The position numbers and the translations under genes were made by a program. A DNA stretch of 11,839 nucleotides from an uncultured bacterium (GTDB lineage Bacteria; Abyssobacteria; SURF-5), in contig CAZEBC010000107.1 in the NCBI GenBank assembly GCA_964510165.1, forward strand, positions 1-11,839, given 5' to 3'. Positions 7,530 through 11,839 of this stretch are shown here, in pieces. Every line of letters begins with the position of its first letter. The first letter of the stretch is position 1. The notes under the pieces were generated by a model that worked only from the letters and a program-made list of their open reading frames with translations, did no database searches and had not been told where the DNA came from.

Positions 7530-7575
7530 ACTTCGTTTGTGGCTCTGCCTGTGAAATCCCAGGAGGTCTTTGAAC

Positions 7576-9165
7576 ATGTCCAAGGAATCCCTTCAATATT
7601 TCGCCGACTTGATCGAATATCAGGGGAAGAATATCGGCGACAAGCCTTACATACTGCACGGAGAGCGAGTCGTCACGTTCGGCGAGTATGACAGAGTGAC
7701 GTGCGGGGCAGCCAATGGGCTTGCGGCACACGGCGCGAAGCCGGGTGACGGAGTCGCCATCCTGATGACGAATTGTCCCGAGTACCTGTTCATCTTTTAT
7801 GGAATGCCGCGAGGCGGCTTCTACACAGTGCCCGTGAATGTCGCGCTCAAGGGCGAGGGTCTCAGGTACATCCTAACCAATTCTGACGTCAAGTATCTCG
7901 TCGTGGAAGATACGCTCTACCCAACGTTCGCCGAACTGCAGAAGCCGGTGGGCCAGATTCAGAAGGTATTCGTCCGGCGCACGACTGATGCGCCGCTGCC
8001 TGCCGGAACACTGGACCTTGAGGAATTGCTCGGCGGCTCGCCGGAGAAACCGGCGCATGTGATGGACCCCAACGCGATCACCTATCTCATGTACACGTCC
8101 GGCACGACAGGATTCCCCAAGGGCGTCGTCTCCCGCAACTCAGGCGGCAACGTGCAGAACTTCATGATGCTGGCGGGTATCATGGTCAAGCCCGATGACA
8201 TCCTGTACACATGCCTGCCGCTCTTCCACGCCAACGCGTTGATCTTGACTTCGGGTTTCTCGATGTGCGCCGGGGTTCCGTTTGGGCTGGAAAAGCGGTT
8301 CTCGGCCTCGAAGTTCTGGGAGCCGATCCGCCGGTACGGCGCGACTCAGTTCAATGCGCTCGGCGCGATGATCCCGATCCTGATGAAACAGCCCGAGCGG
8401 CCCGATGACGCGGACAACCCCGTCCGACTCGTAAATTCCGCCGCGTGTCCGGCGAACCTGTGGGTGCCGTTCGAGAAACGATTTGGCGTGAAAATATGGG
8501 AAGCGTACGGCGCCGTTGACGGCGGGGGCGTGCTCATTTTCAATTTCGGCAATGCGCCGGTAGGCTCGGTCGGCAAGCCGATGCCGGGCACCGAGTGGAA
8601 GCTCATAGATGACAACGGCAACGACGTTCCCCCGGGACAGATAGGCGAACTGGTCACCAAGGTAGCCGACAGGGCGAAGCGGCCAGTGGAGTATTATAAG
8701 AACCCTGAAGCGTCCGCCAAGAAGGTAAGGGGCGAGTGGATTCACTCGGGCGACCTGTTCTATGCCGATGTGGAGGGCAATCTCTTTTTTGTCGACCGGA
8801 AGACGGATTCGATGCGACGGCGGGGCGAAAACATCTCCTCGTTCGAGGTCGAGAATATCGTCGAGAAACATCCGGCAGTCGCCGAATGCGCGGCGTTCGG
8901 CGTTCCTTCCGAGCTCGGAGAGGACGAGGTCATGATATGGGTCAAGCCGAAAGAAGGCGCATCGCTCGACCTGAAAGACCTGATGCGACATTGCGCCGAA
9001 AACATGGCATACTTCATGGTGCCGCGCTTTGTTGATGTGGTAGACGATATCCCGCGTACGGGCACGCTCAGGGTAACCAAGGGAGACATGAAAAAGCGCG
9101 GCGTCACCGAGAGAACCTGGGACCGCGAAAAGCAGATGCCCGATCTGAAGCTGAAAAAGCCGTGA
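7576..9165 (+). CDS. ATP-dependent acyl-CoA ligase (CaiC-like, crotonobetaine/carnitine-CoA ligase family)
   Basis: YTSGTTGFPKG AMP-binding motif, LPLFHANA, RFSASKFW, EAYG, HSGDL, FVDRKTDSMRRRGENISSFEVE, YFMVPRF. ATG 7576 is 9 nt after SD AGGAGG (7561-7566). Confidence 0.93.
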   Translation: MSKESLQYFADLIEYQGKNIGDKPYILHGERVVTFGEYDRVTCGAANGLAAHGAKPGDGVAILMTNCPEYLFIFYGMPRGGFYTVPVNVALKGEGLRYILTNSDVKYLVVEDTLYPTFAELQKPVGQIQKVFVRRTTDAPLPAGTLDLEELLGGSPEKPAHVMDPNAITYLMYTSGTTGFPKGVVSRNSGGNVQNFMMLAGIMVKPDDILYTCLPLFHANALILTSGFSMCAGVPFGLEKRFSASKFWEPIRRYGATQFNALGAMIPILMKQPERPDDADNPVRLVNSAACPANLWVPFEKRFGVKIWEAYGAVDGGGVLIFNFGNAPVGSVGKPMPGTEWKLIDDNGNDVPPGQIGELVTKVADRAKRPVEYYKNPEASAKKVRGEWIHSGDLFYADVEGNLFFVDRKTDSMRRRGENISSFEVENIVEKHPAVAECAAFGVPSELGEDEVMIWVKPKEGASLDLKDLMRHCAENMAYFMVPRFVDVVDDIPRTGTLRVTKGDMKKRGVTERTWDREKQMPDLKLKKP

Positions 9166-9199
9166 AGTAAGCGAACCAACCCAACCATAAGAATGTGTA

Positions 9200-9236
9200 A
9201 TATTGGGGACACCATGCAGCATGGTGTCCCCAATAT
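9200..9236. repeat. Perfect 18-bp inverted repeat with a 1-nt centre (intergenic)
   Basis: ATATTGGGGACACCATGC-A-GCATGGTGTCCCCAATAT. Extends imperfectly via TGTG (9194-9197) / CACA (9237-9240). Confidence 0.85.
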
Positions 9237-9262
9237 CACAATTACCCGAGGAGGGGCTCGTC

Positions 9263-10099
9263 ATGCCATACGAAAGTTACGACTGTTTGAAGGTGCGCCT
9301 TGATCGCCAGGTCGCATTCATTACGATTGATCACCCGCCGATCAATATTCTCGACCTCGCCTTCATCTACGAACTTGATCGTATCGGGAGAGAACTCGAG
9401 GCCGATGACTCGGTGCGCGCCGTAGTGTTCAGGAGCGCCAATCCCGACTTTTTCATCGCTCACGCCGATGTGAACCTGCTGCTGTCTCTGCCGAGCGAAA
9501 TCCCGCCCAAAGCGACCGAACTCGGGCTGTTCCATCAGATGGTGGACCGCTTCCGCACAATGCCGAAGGCGACCATTGCGCAGATCGAGGGGCGAACACG
9601 TGGAGGTGGGAGCGAGTTCGTGCTTTCGCTCGACATGCGGTTCGGGGCGATCGGACGCGCGATACTGAGCCAGCCGGAAGTGGCGGTGGGCATCATCCCG
9701 GGCGGTAGCGGAACCCAGCGTCTGCCCCGCTTGATGGGACGCGCGAGAGCGCTGGAAGTGATACTCGGCTGCGAAGACATCCCGGCAGAGATCGCTGAAC
9801 GCTACGGCTACATCAATCGGGCGCTTCCGAGCGGCGAACTTGGGCCCTTCGTTGAGCGGCTCGCGTATCGAATCGCCTCATTTCCGGCGGAAGCGATTGC
9901 ACTGGCGAAGGCGTCGGTCAATGCCGCCGAGCTTCCCACGGAGCAGGGTTTGCTGGAAGAAGCGCACTACTTCAATCAGTCCATAGCGAGCGCCGCCGCT
10001 CAGAAGAGGATGGCCAAATTCATGGAACTCGGCGGTCAGACGCGAGAGGTCGAACTCGACCTTGAGAAATTGCTTCCCAAATTAGCGGATGAGCCGTGA
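9263..10099 (+). CDS. Enoyl-CoA hydratase/isomerase (crotonase family)
   Basis: FFIAHAD oxyanion motif; RGGGSEF and QPEVAVGIIPGGSGTQRLPRL contain both canonical Glu positions. ATG 9263 follows SD GAGGAGGGG (9248-9256); the 9203 start runs through the inverted repeat. Confidence 0.93.
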   Translation: MPYESYDCLKVRLDRQVAFITIDHPPINILDLAFIYELDRIGRELEADDSVRAVVFRSANPDFFIAHADVNLLLSLPSEIPPKATELGLFHQMVDRFRTMPKATIAQIEGRTRGGGSEFVLSLDMRFGAIGRAILSQPEVAVGIIPGGSGTQRLPRLMGRARALEVILGCEDIPAEIAERYGYINRALPSGELGPFVERLAYRIASFPAEAIALAKASVNAAELPTEQGLLEEAHYFNQSIASAAAQKRMAKFMELGGQTREVELDLEKLLPKLADEP

Positions 10100-10118
10100 G
10101 AGAACCGCCCATAATCGG

Positions 10119-10140
10119 CTAGGTGCGAATTCATTCGCAC
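10119..10140 (+). repeat. Second REP-like palindrome (family B; degenerate GTAG tag)
   Basis: CTAG + GTGCGAAT-TC-ATTCGCAC: perfect 8-bp arms preceded by a one-mismatch GTAG tag; intergenic; single copy in the window. Confidence 0.5.
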
Positions 10141-10154
10141 AGCCACAAACGAAG

Positions 10155-10201
10155 CCCCTCACCCTGCCCTCCCCCAGCGGGAGAGGGTTGGGGTGAGGGT
10201 C
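10155..10201 (-). repeat. boxC-like palindromic repeat (copy 2), possible bidirectional terminator/stabiliser between convergent genes
   Basis: CCCTCACCC-TG-CCCTCCCCC-AGC-GGGAGAGGG-TTG-GGGTGAGGG. Abuts the secretin stop codon and shares 23 identical nt with copy 1. Confidence 0.78.
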
Positions 10202-11564
10202 ACTCCCCCGCCGGTTCCATCAGACCAAGTCTGTCAGCCTCAGCCGAAGAGACGGAGGCGGGCGTGATATGCGGTGTGATGAAGATTATCAGCTCCCGTT
10301 TGTCGCGCGCCTGATTGAGGTTTCGAAACGGGATTCCGAGGATCGGGATATCGCCGAGGAGCGGCACTTTACGGATGGATTCGTTGTCCTGATGGGTGCG
10401 AAGGCCGCCGACGGCGATGGTCTGGCCGTCACGCACCATCACCATGGTCGAGGCCCGGTTCTGGGCCTTCACCGGCACGCGGATGCGGTTTGTGATGGCG
10501 CCGCCTTCATCCGGAATGATGGTTGTCTCAAAGAACTCCTCCCGCACCAGGGTGCTTACTTCCGGCCTGATATCCATCATGATATAGCCCTCGTCGTTGA
10601 TGTGGGGAACGGTCTCCAGAATGATCCCGATATCGATGAACTGAATATCAAGCGAGGCGGCTGAACCGCGCTCGGTGTAGCGGGTGTTGGCATAGGGTTC
10701 AAGCGTCGCGACCTCGAAACGAGCAGGATGGCCGTCGAGCACAAGGATGCGTGGCCTCGAGAGCGTCTTGGTGGACCCGTCCTCGATGAGGGCGTCGATC
10801 GCCGCGCTGAAATCGCTGCCGGGAATCACCTGGGCCGGCGTTATGATATTACCGGCGCCGTCGGTGATGGCCGGCAAAACGACGGTGGGCGTCCCGATGC
10901 TGATATTGCCCGTCGCCGGAGTCTCGGGTGTCTCACGGTCCGCGTTGATGCTTATAACAGCGTCGTGCTCGCCGCCCTCATAGCCGAGCCTCAATTCCCA
11001 TTCTATGCCGAGTTCCTTCAGTTTCGCGGTCGAAACATCAAGGACGTCTGCCTGGATGAGCACCTGCGGCGGTTGCCGATCCCATTCGGCGATCAGCGAT
11101 TGGATGTGGTCGAATCTCGAAGGAATAGTCTTGACGTAGATCGTATGAGTGCGGACATCGGGGATCACGACCCCATCGAAAGGTGAGAGCACGCGCAGTA
11201 TCTTTTCCGCGGTTTCCAAGGGATCGGCATATTTGAGATAGAATGTTCGGGCAGGCATCTCAGAGTCGAGCCGACGGATGATTCTCTCGATGACATCCAG
11301 GTTGGCTTCGACATCGGTGACAATCAGCGAGTTTGTTCGCTCATCAACCGAGAGCGCGCCCTCGGGTGTGACGAAGGTTTGAACGATCGATGCGAGTTTC
11401 TGCGCGCTGGCGTGGTTGGGGGAAAATGCCCGTGTCTTGACGGCCGCATTGGCCGGCAACGCGTGCGCCTCACAAATCAGACTGGCGATAAGCGCCGCCG
11501 ATGCAATCGCTGTGATCAGACCCGTCCTGAGAAAATAGAGAATCCTCCCGCTCTTGTTGTCCAT
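10200..11564 (-). CDS. Outer-membrane secretin (GspD/PilQ family), short form
   Basis: Signal peptide ending AHA; two Secretin_N-like repeats (DERTNSLIVTD...IIRRLD; DVRTHTIYV...IAEWD); QVLIQADVLDV...KELGIEW; TLSRPRILVLDG; DIGIILETVPHI; VRDGQTIAVGGL; KVPLLGDIPILGIPFR...RELIIFITPHI. ATG at 11564 follows a purine-rich SD. Confidence 0.92.
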   Translation of the reverse strand: MDNKSGRILYFLRTGLITAIASAALIASLICEAHALPANAAVKTRAFSPNHASAQKLASIVQTFVTPEGALSVDERTNSLIVTDVEANLDVIERIIRRLDSEMPARTFYLKYADPLETAEKILRVLSPFDGVVIPDVRTHTIYVKTIPSRFDHIQSLIAEWDRQPPQVLIQADVLDVSTAKLKELGIEWELRLGYEGGEHDAVISINADRETPETPATGNISIGTPTVVLPAITDGAGNIITPAQVIPGSDFSAAIDALIEDGSTKTLSRPRILVLDGHPARFEVATLEPYANTRYTERGSAASLDIQFIDIGIILETVPHINDEGYIMMDIRPEVSTLVREEFFETTIIPDEGGAITNRIRVPVKAQNRASTMVMVRDGQTIAVGGLRTHQDNESIRKVPLLGDIPILGIPFRNLNQARDKRELIIFITPHITPASVSSAEADRLGLMEPAGE

Positions 11565-11650
11565 TCTTGCCTTCTCCCCCTCTCCCACTGCTCTGCATGG
11601 ACACGTGATGGAATTGGAATCTGCTCGAGAGCGCGCGAACCCGTTGGCGA

Positions 11651-11830
11651 TCAGGTTTGCTTTGTGTCGAGTTTAATCGCTTCGTCGATGAGCATCACCG
11701 GAATGTCGTCCTTGATGGGATACATCAGCTTGCAAGCGTCGCAAATGAGGCCGCTTTCGTCTTCCTTCAGCCGGATGTCTCCCTTGCATTTCGGGCATGC
11801 GAGGATTGCCAGGAGTTCCGGGTCGATCAT
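11651..11830 (-). CDS. Trm112/UPF0434 (YcaR-like) small zinc-ribbon protein, 59 aa (absent from the ORF track)
   Basis: Manual translation: MIDPELLAILACPKCKGDIRLKEDESGLICDACKLMYPIKDDIPVMLIDEAIKLDTKQT*. Has the hallmark LLxILACPxCKG and YPIxDDIPVML motifs. Confidence 0.92.
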   Translation of the reverse strand: MIDPELLAILACPKCKGDIRLKEDESGLICDACKLMYPIKDDIPVMLIDEAIKLDTKQT

Positions 11831-11839
11831 GAGGTCACC

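Noticed and set aside
3244..9165. Calling betI/caiC and a carnitine/betaine pathway
   Set aside because: Only family-level resemblance; no BCCT/CaiT transporter, CaiB transferase or Fix/ETF genes are present, so no gene symbols were assigned.
9174..9187. AACCAACCCAACCA micro-repeat
   Set aside because: Short low-complexity tract, compatible with chance.
1162..10201. CRISPR array or intact IS element
   Set aside because: The repeats are dispersed singly rather than regularly spaced, and no cas or transposase ORF is present.

Overview
GC-rich bacterial window with three gene blocks. (1) 92-3105 (+): an exported octaheme cytochrome c made of two ungapped ~151-aa c554-like tetraheme repeats, a sigma54-dependent NtrC/AtoC-type response regulator and an archaemetzincin (M54) Zn protease. 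(2) 3149-10099 (+): a perfect-consensus sigma70 promoter with an overlapping palindromic operator, ahead of a probable acyl-CoA catabolic operon (BetI-like TetR, atypical acyl-CoA dehydrogenase, 2x[4Fe-4S]-nitroreductase fusion, SCP2-type thiolase, CaiC-like CoA ligase, enoyl-CoA hydratase). (3) 10200-11830 (-): a short secretin with no other secretion or pilus genes in the window, and a 59-aa Trm112/YcaR protein missed by the ORF track. Five of the longer intergenic gaps carry short palindromic elements of four different types: two copies of a GTAG-REP, a second REP-like hairpin, two boxC-like purine/pyrimidine hairpins and an 18-bp perfect inverted repeat. No CRISPR array, rRNA, tRNA or transposase was seen. 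All function calls come from motif recognition by eye; no database searches were run.
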